From: Antedon mediterranea
Lineage: Eukaryota; Animalia; Echinodermata
Reading direction: 5' to 3'
NCBI RefSeq assembly: GCF_964355755.1
Contig: NC_092675.1
Location: forward strand, 13,922,912 to 13,986,911
DNA length: 64,000 nt
Shown here: positions 30,001 through 45,000 of the stretch, one piece after another
How the letters are laid out: each line of letters starts with the position of its first letter
Position numbering within the stretch: the first letter of the stretch is position 1
Notes under the pieces: model-generated
Seen by the model: only the letters and a program-made list of their open reading frames with translations
The model's database searches: none
Told to the model about the DNA's origin: nothing
Translations under genes and position numbers: made by a program

Positions 30001-33000
30001 TTAGAATAGCTTCAAATCGTATTTGGAGACGTTTTAGACCATTTTGAGATTTTCGAAAAAACTTGGTTACACAAAAACATCAAAGTGCTTAAAATCACAT
30101 TATAAACCGTTTTAGACCATTTTGAGCATTTCGGTAACACTTTTCACACAAAAACATCAAAGAGCACAAAATAGCTTAATATCGTATTTAAAAACGTTTT
30201 AGACCATTTTGAGCATTTAGACAAAACTTTTTCACACAAAACACCAAAGTGCTTAGAATAGCTTCAAATCGCATTTGGAGACGTTTTAGACCATTTTGTG
30301 CATTTCGATGAAACTTGGTTACACAAAAACATCAAAGTGCTTAAAATCACATTATAAATCGTTTTAGACCATTTTGAGCATTTCGAAAAAACTTTTTCAC
30401 ACAAAATACCAAAGTGCTTAGAATAGCTTCAAATCGAATTTGGAGACGTTTTAGACCATTTTGTGATTTTCGAAAAAACTTTTTAACATAAAAACACCAA
30501 AGTGCTTAGAATAGCTTCAAATCACATTTGGAGACGTTTTAGACCATAAGTGCTTAGAATCACATTATAAACCGTTTTAGACCATTTTGAGCATTTCGAT
30601 AACAATTTTCACACAAAAACATCAAAGAGCACAAAATAGCTTAATATCGTATTTAAAAATGTTTTAGACCATTTTGAGCATTTAGATAAAACTTTTTCAC
30701 ACAAAACACCAAAGTGCTTAGAATAGCTTCAAATCGCATTTGGAGACGTTTTAGACCATTTTGTGATTTTTGAAAAAACTTGTTAACATAAAAACACCAA
30801 AGTGCTTAGAATAGCTTCAAATCACATTTGGAGACGTCTTAGACCATTTTGTGATTTTCGAAAAAACTTGTTAACATAAAAACACCAAAGTGCTTAGAAT
30901 AGCTTCAAATCGCATTTGGAAACGTTTTAGACCATTTTGTGATTTTCGAAAAAACTTGTTAACATAAAAACACGAAAGTGCTTAGAATAGCTTCAAATCG
31001 CATTTAGAAACGTTTTAGACCATTTTGTGATTTTCGAAAAAAATTGTTAACATAAAAACACCAAAGTGTTTAGAATAGCTTCAAATCGCATTTGGAGACG
31101 TTTTAGACCAATTTGTGATTTTCGAAAAAACTTATCAACATAAAAACACCAAAGGGTTTAGAATAGCTTCAAATCGCATTTGGAGACGTTTTAGACCATT
31201 TTGTGATTTTCGAAAAAACTTGTTAACATAAAAACACGAAAGTGCTTAGAATAGCTTCAAATCGCATTTGGAAACGTTTTAGACCATTTGGTGATTTTCG
31301 AAAAAACTTGTTAACATAAAAACATGAAAGTGCTTAGAATAGCTTCAAATCGTATTTGGAGACGTTTTAGACCATTTTGTGATTTTCGAAAAAACTTGTT
31401 AACATAAAAACACCAAAGTGCTTAGAATAGCTTCAAATCGCATTTGGAGACGTTTTAGACCATTTTGTGCATTTCGATGAAACTTGGTTACACAAAAACA
31501 TCAAAGTGGTTAAAATCACATTATAAACCATTTTAGACCATTTTGAGCATTTCGATAACACTTTTCACACAAAAACATCAAAGAGCACAAAATAGCTTAA
31601 TATCGTATTTAAAAACGTTTTAGACCATTTTGAGCATTTCGACAAAACTTTTTCACACAAAACACCAAAGTGCTTAGAATAGCTTCAAATCGCATTTGGA
31701 GACGTTTTAGACCATTTTGTGATTTTCGAAAAAACTTGTTAACATAAAAACATCAAAGTGTACAGAATAACTTCAAATCGCATTTGGAGACCGTTTTAGG
31801 CCAATTTGTGATTTTCGAAAAAACTTGTTAACCTAAAAATACCAAAGTGTTTAGAATAGCTTCAAATCGCATTTGGAGACGTTTTAGACCATTTTGTGAT
31901 TTTCGAAAAAACTTGTTAACATAAAAACACCAAAGTGCTTCAAATCGCATTTGGAGACATTTTAGACCAATTTGTGATTTTTGAAAAAACTTGTTAACAT
32001 AAAAACACCAAAGTGTTTACAATAGCTTCAAATCGTATTTGGAGACGTTTTAGACCATTTTGTGATTTTCGAAAAAACTTGTTAACATAAAAACACCAAA
32101 GTACTTAGAATAGCTTCAAATCGCATTTGGAGACGTTTTAGACCATTTTATGCATTTCGATGAAACTTGGTTACACAAAAACATCAAAGTGCTTAAAATC
32201 ACATTATAATCCGTTTTAGACCATTTTGAGCATTTCGATAACACTTTTCACACAAAAACATCAAAGAGCACAAAATAGCTTAATATCGTATTTAAAAACG
32301 TTTTAGACCATTTTGAGCATTTCGACAAAACTTTTTCACACAAAACACCAAAGTGCTTAGAATAGCTTCAAATCGCATTTGGAGACGTTTTAGACAATTT
32401 TGTGATTTTCGAAAAAAATTGTTAACATAAAAACACCAAAGTGCTTAGAATAGCTTCAAATCGCATTTGGAGACGTGTTAGACCAATTTGTGATTTTCGA
32501 AAAAACTTATCAACATAAAAACACCAAAGGGTTTAGAATATCTTCAAATCGCATTTGGAGACGTTTTAGACCATTTTGAGCATTTCGACAAAACTTGTTA
32601 ACATAAAAACACCAAAGTGCTTAGAATGGCTTCAATCGCATTTGGAGACGCTTTAGACCATTTTGTGATTTTCGAAAAAAATTGTTAACATAAAAACACC
32701 AAAGTGCTTAGAATCACATTATAAACCGTTTTAGACCATTTTGAGCATTTCGATAACAATTTTCACACAAAAACATCAAAGAGCACAAAATAGCTTAATA
32801 TCGTATTTAAAAATGTTTTAGACCATTTTGAGCATTTAGAAAAAACTTTTTCACACAAAACACCAAAGTGCTTAGAATAGCTTCAAATCGTATTTGGAGA
32901 CGTTTTAGACCATTTTGAGATTTTCGAAAAAACTTGGTTACACAAAAACATCAAAGTGCTTAAAATCACATTATAAACCGTTTTAGACCATTTTGCGCAT

Positions 33001-36000
33001 TTCGATAACACTTTTCACACAAAAACATCAAAGAGCACAAAATAGCTTAATATCGTATTTAAAAACGTTTTAGACCATTTTGAGCATTTCGACAAAACTT
33101 TTTCACACAAAACACCAAAAGTGCTTAGAATAGCTTCAAATCGCATTTGGAGACGTTTTAGACCAATGTGTGCATTTTGATGAAACTTGGTTACACAAAA
33201 ACATCAAAGTGCTTAAAATCACATTATAAATCGTTTTAGACCATTTTGAGCATTTCGATAACACTTTTCACACAAAAACATCAAAGAGCACAAAATAGCT
33301 TAATATCTTATTTAAAAACGTTTTAGACCATTTTGAGCATTTAGACAAAACTTTTTCACACAAAACACCAAAGTGCTTAGAATAGCTTCAAATCGCATTT
33401 GAAGACGTTTTAGACCATTTTGTGATTTTCAAAAAAACTTGTTAACATAAAAACACCAAAGTGCTTAGATTAGCTTCAAATCGCATTTGGAGACATTTTA
33501 GACCAATTTTTGATTTTCGAAAAAAACTTGTCAACATAAAAACACCAAAGTGTTTAGAATAGCTTCAAATCGCATTTGGAGACGTTTTAGACCAAATTGT
33601 GATTTTCGAAAAAACTTATCAACATAAAAACACCAAAGGGTTTAGAATAGCTTCAAATCGCATTTGGAGACGTTTTAGACCATTTTGTGATTTTCGAAAA
33701 AACTTGTTAACATAAAAACACGAAAGTGCTTAGAATAGCTTCAAATCGCATTTGGAAACGTTTTAGACCATTTTGTGATTTTCGAAAAAACTTGTTAACA
33801 TAAAAACATGAAAGTGCTTAGAATAGCTTCAAATCGTATTTGGAGACGTTTTAGACCATTTTGTGATTTTCGAAAAAAACTTGTTAAGATAAAAACACCA
33901 AAGTGCTTAGAATAGCTTCAAATCGCATTTGGAGACGTTTTAGACCATTTTGTGCATTTCGATGAAACTTGGTTACACAAAAACATCAAAGTGCTTAAAA
34001 TCACATTATAAACCATTTTAGACCATTTTGAGCATTTCGATAACACTTTTCACACAAAAACATCAAAGAGCACAAAATAGCTTAATATCGTATTTAAAAA
34101 CGTTTTAGACCATTTTGAGCATTTCGACAAAACTTTTTCACACAAAACACCAAAGTGCTTAGAATAGCTTCAAATCGCATTTGGAGACGTTTTAGACCAT
34201 TTTGTGATTTTCGAAAAAACTTGTTAACATAAAAACATCAAAGTGTACAGAATAACTTCAAATCGCATTTGGAGACCGTTTTAGGCCAATTTGTGATTTT
34301 CGAAAAAACTTGTTAACCTAAACATACCAAAGTGTTTAGAATAGCTTCAAATCGCATTTGGAGACGTTTTAGACCATTTTGTGATTTTCGAAAAAACTTG
34401 TTAACATAAAAACACGAAAATACTTAGAATAGCTTCAAATCGCATTTAAGACGTTTTAGACCATTTTATGCATTTCGATGAAACTTGGTTACACAAAAAC
34501 ATCAAAGTGCTTAAAATCACATTATAATCCGTTTTAGACCATTTTGAGCATTTCGATAACACTTTTCACACAAAAACATCAAAGAGCACAAAATAGCTTA
34601 ATATCGTATTTAAAAACGTTTTAGACCATTTTGAGCATTTCGACAAAACTTTTTCACACAAAACACCAAAGTGCTTAGAATAGCTTCAAATCGCATTTGG
34701 AGACGTTTTAGACCATTTTGTGATTTTCGAAAAAAATTGTTAACATAAAAACATCAAAGTGTACAGAATAGCTTCAAATCGCATTTGGAGACCGTTTTAG
34801 GGCAATTTGTGATTTTCGAAAAAACTTGTTAACCTAAAAATACCAAAGTGTTTAGAATAGCTTCAAATCGCATTTGGAGACGTTTTAGACCATTTTGTGA
34901 TTTTCGAAAAAACTTGTTAACATAAAAACACCAAAGTGCTTAGAATAGCTTCAAATCGCATTTGGAGACATTTTAGACCAATTTGTGATTTTCGAAAAAA
35001 CTTGTCAACATAAAAACACCAAAGTGTTTAGAATAGCTTCAAATCGCATTTGGAGACGTTTTAGACCAATTTGTGATTTTCGAAAAAACTTATCAACATA
35101 AAAACACTAAAGGGTTTAGAATATCTTCAAATCGCATTTGGAGACGTTTTAGACAATTTTGTGATTTTCGAAAAAACTTGTTAACATAAAAACACCAAAG
35201 TGCTTAGAATAGCTTCAAATCGCATTTGGAGACGTTTTAGACCATTTTGTGATTTTCCAAAAAACTTGGTTACACAAAAACATCAAAGTGCTTAAAATTA
35301 CATTATAAACCGTTTTAGACCATTTTGAGCATTTCGATAACACTTTTCACACAAAAACATCATAGAGCACAAAATAGCTTAATATCGTATTTAAAAACGT
35401 TTTAGACCATTTTGAGCATTTCGACAAAACTTGTTAACATAAAAACACCAAAGTGCTTAGAATGGCTTCAATCGCATTTGGAGACGCTTTAGACCATTTT
35501 GTGATTTTCGAAAAAAATTGTTAACATAAAAACACCAAAGTGCTTAGAATCACATTATAAACCGTTTTAGACCATTTTGAGCATTTCGATAACAATTTTC
35601 ACACAAAAACATCAAAGAGCACAAAATAGCTTAATATCGTATTTAAAAATGTTTTAGACCATTTTGAGCATTTAGATAAAACTTTTTCACACAAAACACC
35701 AAAGTGCTTAGAATAGCTTCAAATCGCATTTGGAGACGTTTTAGACCATTTTGTGATTTTCGAAAAAACTTGTTAACATAAAAACACCAAAGTGCTTAGA
35801 ATAGCTTCAAATCACATTTGGAGACGTTTTAGACCATTTTGTGATTTTCGAAAAAACTTGTTAACATAAAAACACGAAAGTGCTTAGAATAGCTTCAAAT
35901 CGCATTTGGAAACGTTTTAGACCATTTAGTGATTTTCGAAAAAACTTGTTAACATAAAAACACGAAAGTGCTTAGAATAGCTTCAAATCGCATTTGGAAA

Positions 36001-39000
36001 CGTTTTAGACCATTTTGTGATTTTCGAAAAAAATTGTTAACATAAAAACACCAAAGTGTTTAGAATAGCTTCAAATCGCATTTGGAGACGTTTTAGACCA
36101 ATTTGTGATTTTCGAAAAAACTTATCAACATAAAAACACCAAAGGGTTTAGAATAGCTTCAAATCGCATTTGGAGACGTTTTAGACCATTTTGTGATTTT
36201 CGAAAAAACTTGTTAACATAAAAACACGAAAGTGCTTAGAATAGCTTCAAATCGCATTTGGAAACGTTTTAGACCATTTTGTGATTTTCGAAAAAACTTG
36301 TTAACATAAAAACATGAAAGTGCTTAGAATAGCTTCAAATCGTATTTGGAGACGTTTTAGACCATTTTGTGATTTTCGAAAAAACTTGTTAACATAAAAA
36401 CACCAAAGTGCTTAGAATAGCTTCAAATCGCATTTGGAGACGTTTTAGACCATTTTGTGCATTTCGATGAAACTTGGTTACACAAAAACATCAAAGTGCT
36501 TAAAATCACATTATAAACCATTTTAGACCATTTTGAGCATTTCGATAACACTTTTCACACAAAAACATCAAAGAGCACAAAATAGCTTAATATCGTATTT
36601 AAAAACGTTTTAGACCATTTTGAGAATTTCGACAAAACTTGTTAACATAAAAACACGAAAGTGCTTAGAATAGCTTCAAATCGCATTTGGAAACGTTTTA
36701 GACCATTTTGTGATTTTCGAAAAAACTTGTTAACATAAAAACACCAAAGTGCTTAGAATCACATTATAAACCGTTTTAGACCATTTTGAGCATTTCGATA
36801 ACAATTTTCACACAAAAACAGCAAAGAGCACAAAATAGCTTAATATCGTATTTAAAAATGTTTTAGACCATTTTGAGCATTTGGATAAAACTTTTTCACA
36901 CAAAACACCAAAGTGCTTAGAATAGCTTCAAATCGCATTTGGAGACGTTTTAGACCATTTTGTGATTTTTGAAAAAAATTGTTAACATAAAAACACCAAA
37001 GTGCTTAGAATAGCTTCAAATCACATTTGGAGACGTTTTAGACCATTTTGTGATATTCGAAAAAACTTGTTAACATAAAAACACGAAAGTGCTTAGAATA
37101 GCTTCAAATCGCATTTGGAAACGTTTTAGACCATTTTGTGATTTTCGAAAAAACTTGTTAACATAAAAACACGAAAGTGCTTAGAATAGCTTCAAATCGC
37201 ATTTGGAAACGTTTTAGACCATTTTGTTATTTTCGAAAAAAATTGTTAACATAAAAACACCAAAGTGCTTAGAATCACATTATAAACCGTTTTAGACCAT
37301 TTTGAGCATTTCGATAACAATTTTCACACAAAAACATCAAAGAGCACAAAATAGCTTAATATCGTATTTATAAATGTTTTAGACCATTTTGTGATTTTCG
37401 AAAAAACTTTTTCACACAAAACACCAAAGTGCTTAGAATAGCTTCAAATCGCATTTGGAGACGTTTTAGACCATTTTGTGATTTCGATGAGACTTGATTA
37501 CACAAAAACATCAAAGTGCTTAAAATCACATTATAAACCGTTTTAGACCATTTTGAGCATTTCGATAACACTTTTCACACAAAAACATCAAAGAGCACAA
37601 AATAGCTTAATATCGTATTTAAAAACGTTTTAGACCATTTTGAGCATTTAGACAAAACTTTTTCACACAAAACACCAAAGTGCTTAGAATAGCTTCAAAT
37701 CGCATTTGGAGACGTTTTAGACCATTTTGTGATTTTTGAAAAAACTTGTTAACATAAAAACACCAAAGTGCTTAGAATAGCTTCAAATCACATTTGGAGA
37801 CGTTTTAGACCATTTTGTGATTTTCGAAAAAACTTGTTAACATAAAAACACGAAAGTGCTTAGAATAGCTTCAAATCGCATTTGGAAACGTTTTAGACCA
37901 TTTTGTGATTTTCGAAAAAACTTGTTAACATAAAAACACGAAAGTGCTTAGAATAGCTTCAAATCGCATTTGGAAACGTTTTAGACCATTTTGTGATTTT
38001 CGAAAAAAATTGTTAACATAAAAACACCAAAGTGTTTAGAATAGCTTCAAATCGCATTTGGAGACGTTTTAGACCAATTTGTGATTTTCGAAAAAACTTA
38101 TCAACAAAAAAACACCAAAGGGTTTAGAATAGCTTCAAATCGCATTTGGAGACGTTTTAGACCATTTTGTGATTTTCGAAAAAACTTGTTAACATAAAAA
38201 CACGAAAGTGCTTAGAATAGCTTCAAATCGCATTTGGAAACGTTTTAGACCATTTTGTGATTTTCGAAAAAGATTGTTAACATAAAAACACCAATGTGCT
38301 TAGAATCACATTATAAACCGTTTTAGACCATTTTGAGCATTTCGATAACAATTTTCACACAAAAACATCAAAGAGCACAAAATAGCTTAATATCGTATTT
38401 ATAAATGTTTTAGACCATTTTGTGATTTTCGAAAAAACTTTTTCACACAAAACACCAAAGTGCTTAGAATAGCTTCAAATCGCATTTGGAGACGTTTTAG
38501 ACCATTTTGTGATTTCGATGAGACTTGATTACACAAAAACATCAAAGTGCTTAAAATCACATTATAAACCGTTTTAGACCATTTTGAGCATTTCGATAAC
38601 ACTTTTCACACAAAAACATCAAAGAGCACAAAATAGCTTAATATCGTATTTAAAAACGTTTTAGACCATTTTGAGCATTTAGACAAAACTTTTTCACACA
38701 AAACACCAAAGTGCTTAGAATAGCTTCAAATCGCATTTGGAGACGTTTTAGACCATTTTGTGATTTTTGAAAAAACTTGTTAACATAAAAACACCAAAGT
38801 GCTTAGAATAGCTTCAAATCACATTTGGAGACGTTTTAGACCATTTTGTGATTTTCGAAAAAACTTGTTAACATAAAAACACGAAAGTGCTTAGAATAGC
38901 TTCAAGTCGCATTTGGAAACGTTTTAGACCATTTTGTGATTTTCGAAAAAACTTGTTAACATAAAAACACGAAAGTGCTTAGAATAGCTTCAAATCGCAT

Positions 39001-42000
39001 TTGGAAACGTTTTAGACCATTTTGTGATTTTCGAAAAAAATTGTTAACATAAAAACACCAAAGTGTTTAGAATAGCTTCAAATCGCATTTGGAGACGTTT
39101 TAGACCAATTTGTGATTTTTGAAAAAACTTATCAACATAAAAACACCAAAGGGTTTAGAATAGCTTCAAATCGCATTTGGAGACGTTTTAGACCATTTTG
39201 TGATTTTCGAAAAAACTTGTTAACATAAAAACACGAAAGTGCTTAGAATAGCTTCAAATCGCATTTGGAAACGTTTTAGACCATTTTGTGATTTTCGAAA
39301 AAACTTGTTAACATAAAAACATGAAAGTGCTTAGAATAGCTTCAAATCGTATTTGGAGACGTTTTAGACCATTTTGTGATTTTCGAAAAAACTTGTTAGC
39401 ATAAAAACACCAAAGTGCTTAGAATAGCTTCAAATCGCATTTGGAGACGTTTTAGACCATTTTGTGCATTTCGATGAAACTTGGTTACACAAAAACATCA
39501 AAGTGCTTAAAATCACATTATAAACCATTTTAGACCATTTTGAGCATTTCGATAACACTTTTCACACAAAAACATCAAAGAGCACAAAATAGCTTAATAT
39601 CGTATTTAAAAACGTTTTAGACCATTTTGAGTATTTCGACAAAACTTTTTCACACAAAACACCAAAGTGCTTAGAATAGCTTCAAATCGCATTTGGAAAC
39701 GTTTTAGACCATTTTGTGATTTTCGAAAAAAATTGTTAACATAAAAACACCAAAGTGCTTAGAATCACATTATAAACCGTTTTAGACCATTTTGAGCATT
39801 TCGATAACAATTTTCACACAAAAACATCAAAGAGCACAAAATAGCTTAATATCGTATTTAAAAATGTTTTAGACCATTTTGAGCATTTGGATAAAACTTT
39901 TTCACACAAAACACCAAAGTGCTTAGAATAGCTTCAAATCGCATTTGGAGACGTTTTAGACCATTTTGTGATTTTTGAAAAAAATTGTTAACATAAAAAC
40001 ACCAAAGTGCTTAGAATAGCTTCAAATCACATTTGGAGACGTTTTAGACCATTTTGTGATATTCGAAAAAACTTGTTAACATAAAAACACGAAAGTGCTT
40101 AGAATAGCTTCAAATCGCATTTGGAAACGTTTTAGACCATTTTGTGATTTTCGAAAAAACTTGTTAACATAAAAACACCAAAGTGCTTAGAATAGCTTCA
40201 AATCGCATTTGGAAACGTTTTAGACCATTTTGTTATTTTCGAAAAAAATTGTTAACATAAAAACACCAAAGTGCTTAGAATCACATTATAAACCGTTTTA
40301 GACCATTTTGAGCATTTCGATAACAATTTTCACACAAAAACATCAAAGAGCAAAAAATAGCTTAATATCGTATTTAAAAATGTTTTAGACCATTTTGAGC
40401 ATTTAGATAAAACTTTTTCACACAAAACACCAAAGTGCTTAGAATAGTTTCAAATCGCATTTGGAGACGTTTTAGACCATTTTGTGATTTTTGAAAAAAC
40501 TTGTTAACATAAAAACACCAAAGTGCTTAGAATAGCTTCAAATCACATTTGGAGACGTTTTAGACCATTTTGTGATTTTCGAAAAAACTTGTTAACATAA
40601 AAACACGAAAGTGCTTAGAATAGCTTCAAATCGCATTTGGAAACGTTTTAGACCATTTTGTGATTTTCGAAAAAACTTGTTAACATAAAAACACGAAAGT
40701 GCTTAGAATAGCTTCAAATTGCATTTGGAAACGTTTTAGACCATTTTGTGATTTTCGAAAAAAATTGTTAACATAAAAACACCAAAGTGTTTAGAATAGC
40801 TTCAAATCGCATTTGGAGACGTTTTAGACCAATTTGTGATTTTCGAAAAAACTTATCAACATAAAAACACCAAAGGGTTTAGAATAGCTTCAAATCGCAT
40901 TTGGAGACGTTTTAGACCATTTTGTGATTTTCGAAAAAACTTGTTAACATAAAAACACGAAAGTGCTTAGAATAGCTTCAAATCGCATTTGGAAACGTTT
41001 TAGACCATTTTGTGATTTTCGAAAAAACTTGTTAACATAAAAACATGAAAGTGCTTAGAATAGCTTCAAATCGTATTTGGAGACGTTTTAGACCATTTTG
41101 TGATTTTCGAAAAAACTTGTTAACATAAAAACACCAAAGTGCTTAGAATAGCTTCAAATCGCATTTGGAGACGTTTTAGACCATTTTGTGCATTTCGATG
41201 AAACTTGGTTACACAAAAACATCAAAGTGCTTAAAATCACATTATAAACCATTTTAGACCATTTTGAGCATTTCGATAACACTTTTCACACAAAAACATC
41301 AAAGAGCACAAAATAGCTTAATATCGTATTTAAAAACGTTTTAGACCATTTTGAGCATTTCGACAAAACTTTTTCACACAAAACACCAAAGTGCTTAGAA
41401 TAGCTTCAAATCGCATTTGGAAACGTTTTAGACCATTTTGTGATTTTCGAAAAAAATTGTTAACATAAAAACACCAAAGTGCTTAGAATCACATTATAAA
41501 CCGTTTTAGACCATTTTGAGCATTTCGATAACAATTTTCACACAAAAACATCAAAGAGCACAAAATAGCTTAATATCGTATTTAAAAATGTTTTAGACCA
41601 TTTTGAGCATTTGGATAAAACTTTTTCACACAAAACACCAAAGTGCTTAGAATAGCTTCAAATCGCATTTGGAGACGTTTTAGACCATTTTGTGATTTTT
41701 GAAAAAAATTGTTAACATAAAAACACCAAAGTGCTTAGAATAGCTTCAAATCACATTTGGAGACGTTTTAGACCATTTTGTGATTTTCTAAAAAACTTGT
41801 TAACATAAAACACCAAAGTGCTTAGAATAGCTTCAAATCGCATTTTTAGACGTTTTAGACCATTTTGTGATTTTCGAAAAAAATTGTTAACATAAAAACA
41901 CCAAAGTGCTTAGAATAGCTTCAAATCGTATTTGGAGACGTTTTAGACCATTTTGAGATTTTCGAAAAAACTTGGTTACACAAAAACATCAAAGTGCTTA

Positions 42001-45000
42001 AAATCACATTATAAACCGTTTTAGACCATTTTGAGCATTTCGATAACACTTTTCACACAAAAACATCAAAGAACACAAAATAGCTTAATATCGTATTTAA
42101 AAACGTTTTAGACCATTTTGAGCATTTCGACAAAACTTTTTCACACAAAACACCAAAGTGCTTAGAATAGCTTCAAATCGCATTTGGAGACGTTTTAGAC
42201 CAATTTGTGCATTTCGATGAAACTTGGTTACACAAAAACATCAAAGTGCTTAAAATCACATTATAAATCGTTTTAGACCATTTTGAGCATTTCGATAACA
42301 CTTTTCACACAAAAACATCAAAGAGCACAAAATAGCTTAATATCTTATTTAAAAACGTTTTAGACCATTTTGAGCATTTAGACAAAACTTTTTCACACAA
42401 AACACCAAAGTGCTTAGAATAGCTTCAAATCGCATTTGGAGACGTTTTAGACCATTTTGTGATTTTCAAAAAAACTTGTTAACATAAAAACACCAAAGTG
42501 CTTAGAATAGTTTCAAATCGTATTTGGAGACGTTTTAGACCATTTTGTGATTTTCGAAAAAACTTGTTAACATAAAAACACCAAAGTGCTTAGAATAGCT
42601 TCAAATCGCATTTGGAGACATTTTAGACCAATTTGTGATTTTCGAAAAAAACTTGTCAACATAAAAACACCAAAGTGTTTAGAATAGCTTCAAATCGCAT
42701 TTGGAGACGTTTTAGACCAATTTGTGATTTTCGAAAAAACTTATCAACATAAAAACACCAAAGGGTTTAGAATAGCTTCAAATCGCATTTTGAGACGTTT
42801 TAGACCATTTTGTGATTTTCGAAAAAACTTGTTAACATAAAAACACGAAAGTGCTTAGAATAGCTTCAAATCGCATTTGGAAACGTTTTAGACCATTTTG
42901 TGATTTTCGAAAAAACTTGTTAACATAAAAACACGAAAGTGCTTAGAATAGCTTCAAATCGCATTTGGAAACGTTTTAGACCATTTTGTGATTTTCGAAA
43001 AAATTTGTTAACATAAAAACACCAAAGTGCTTAGAATCACATTATAAACCGTTTTAGACCATTTTGAGCATTTCGATAACAATTTTCACACAAAAACATC
43101 AAAGTGCACAAAATAGCTTAATATCGTATTTAAAAATGTTTTAGACCATTTTGAGCATTTGGATAAAACTTTTTCACACAAAACACCAAAGTGCTTAGAA
43201 TAGCTTCAAATCGCATTTGGAGACGTTTTAGACCATTTTGTGATTTTTGAAAAAAATTGTTAACATAAAAACACCAAAGTGCTTAGAATAGCTTCAAATC
43301 ACATTTGGAGACGTTTTAGACCATTTTGTGATATTCGAAAAAACTTGTTAACATAAAAACACGAAAGTGCTTAGAATAGCTTCAAATCGCATTTGGAAAC
43401 GTTTTAGACCATTTTGTGATTTTCGAAAAAACTTGTTAACATAAAAACACCAAAGTGCTTAGAATAGCTTCAAATCGCATTTGGAAACGTTTTAGACCAT
43501 TTTGTTATTTTCGAAAAAAATTGTTAACATAAAAACACCAAAGTGCTTAGAATCACATTATAAACCGTTTTAGACCATTTTTAGCATTTCGATAACAATT
43601 TTCACACAAAAACATCAAAGAGCAAAAAATAGCTTAATATAGCATTTAAAAATGTTTTAGACAATTTTGAGCATTTAGATAAAACTTTTTCACACAAAAC
43701 ACCAAAGTGCTTAGAATAGCTTCAAATCGCATTTGGAGACGTTTTAGACCATTTTGTGATTTTTGAAAAAACTTGTTAACATAAAAACACCAAAGTGCTT
43801 AGAATAGCTTCAAATCACATTTGGAGACGTTTTAGACCATTTTGTGATTTTCGAAAAAACTTGTTAACATAAAAACACGAAAGTGCTTAGAATAGCTTCA
43901 AATCGCATTTGGAAACGTTTTAGACCATTTTGTGATTTTCGAAAAAACTTGTTAACATAAAAACACGAAAGTGCTTAGAATAGCTTCAAATCGCATTTGG
44001 AAAGGTTTTAGACCATTTTGTGATTTTCGAAAAAAAATGTTAACATAAAAACACCAAAGTGCTTAGAATCACATTATAAACCGTTTTAGACCATTTTGAG
44101 CATTTCGATAACAATTTTAACACAAAAACATCAAAGAGCACAAAATAGCTTAATATCGTATTTAAAAATGTTTTAGACCATTTTGAGCATTTAGATAAAA
44201 CTTTTTCACACAAAACACCAAAGTGCTTAGAATAGCTTAAAATCGCATTTGGAGACGTTTTAGACCATTTTGTGATTTTTGAAAAAACTTGTTAACATAA
44301 AAACACCAAAGTGCTTAGAATAGCTTCAAATCACATTTGGAGACGTTTTAGACCATTTTGTGATTTTTGAAAAAACTTGTTAACATAAAAACACGAAAGT
44401 GCTTAGAATAGCTTCAAATCACATTTGGAGACGTTTTAGACCATTTTGTGATTTTTGAAAAAACTTGTTAACATAAAAACACGAAAGTGCTTAGAATAGC
44501 TTCAAATCACATTTGGAGACGTTTTAGACCATTTTGTGATTTTCGAAAAAACTTGTTAACATAAAAACACGAAAGTGCTTAGAATAGCTTCAAATCACAT
44601 TTGGAAACGTTTTAGACCATTTTGTGATTTTCGAAAAAACTTGTTAACATAAAAACACCAAAGTGCTTAGAATAGCTTCAAATCGCATTTGGAAACGTTT
44701 TATTCCATTTTGTGATTTTCGAAAAAAATTGTTCACATAAAAACACCAAAGTGCTTAGAATCACATTATAAACCGTTTTAGACCATTTTGAGCATTTCGA
44801 TAACAATTTTCACACAAAAACATCAAAGAGCAAAAAATAGCTTAATATCGTATTTAAAAATGTTTTAGACCATTTTGAGCATTTCGATAAAACTTTTTCA
44901 CACAAAACACCAAAGTGCTTAGAATAGCTTCAAATCGCATTTGGAGACGTTTTAGACCATTTTGTGATTTTTGAAAAAACTTGTTAACATAAAAACACCA

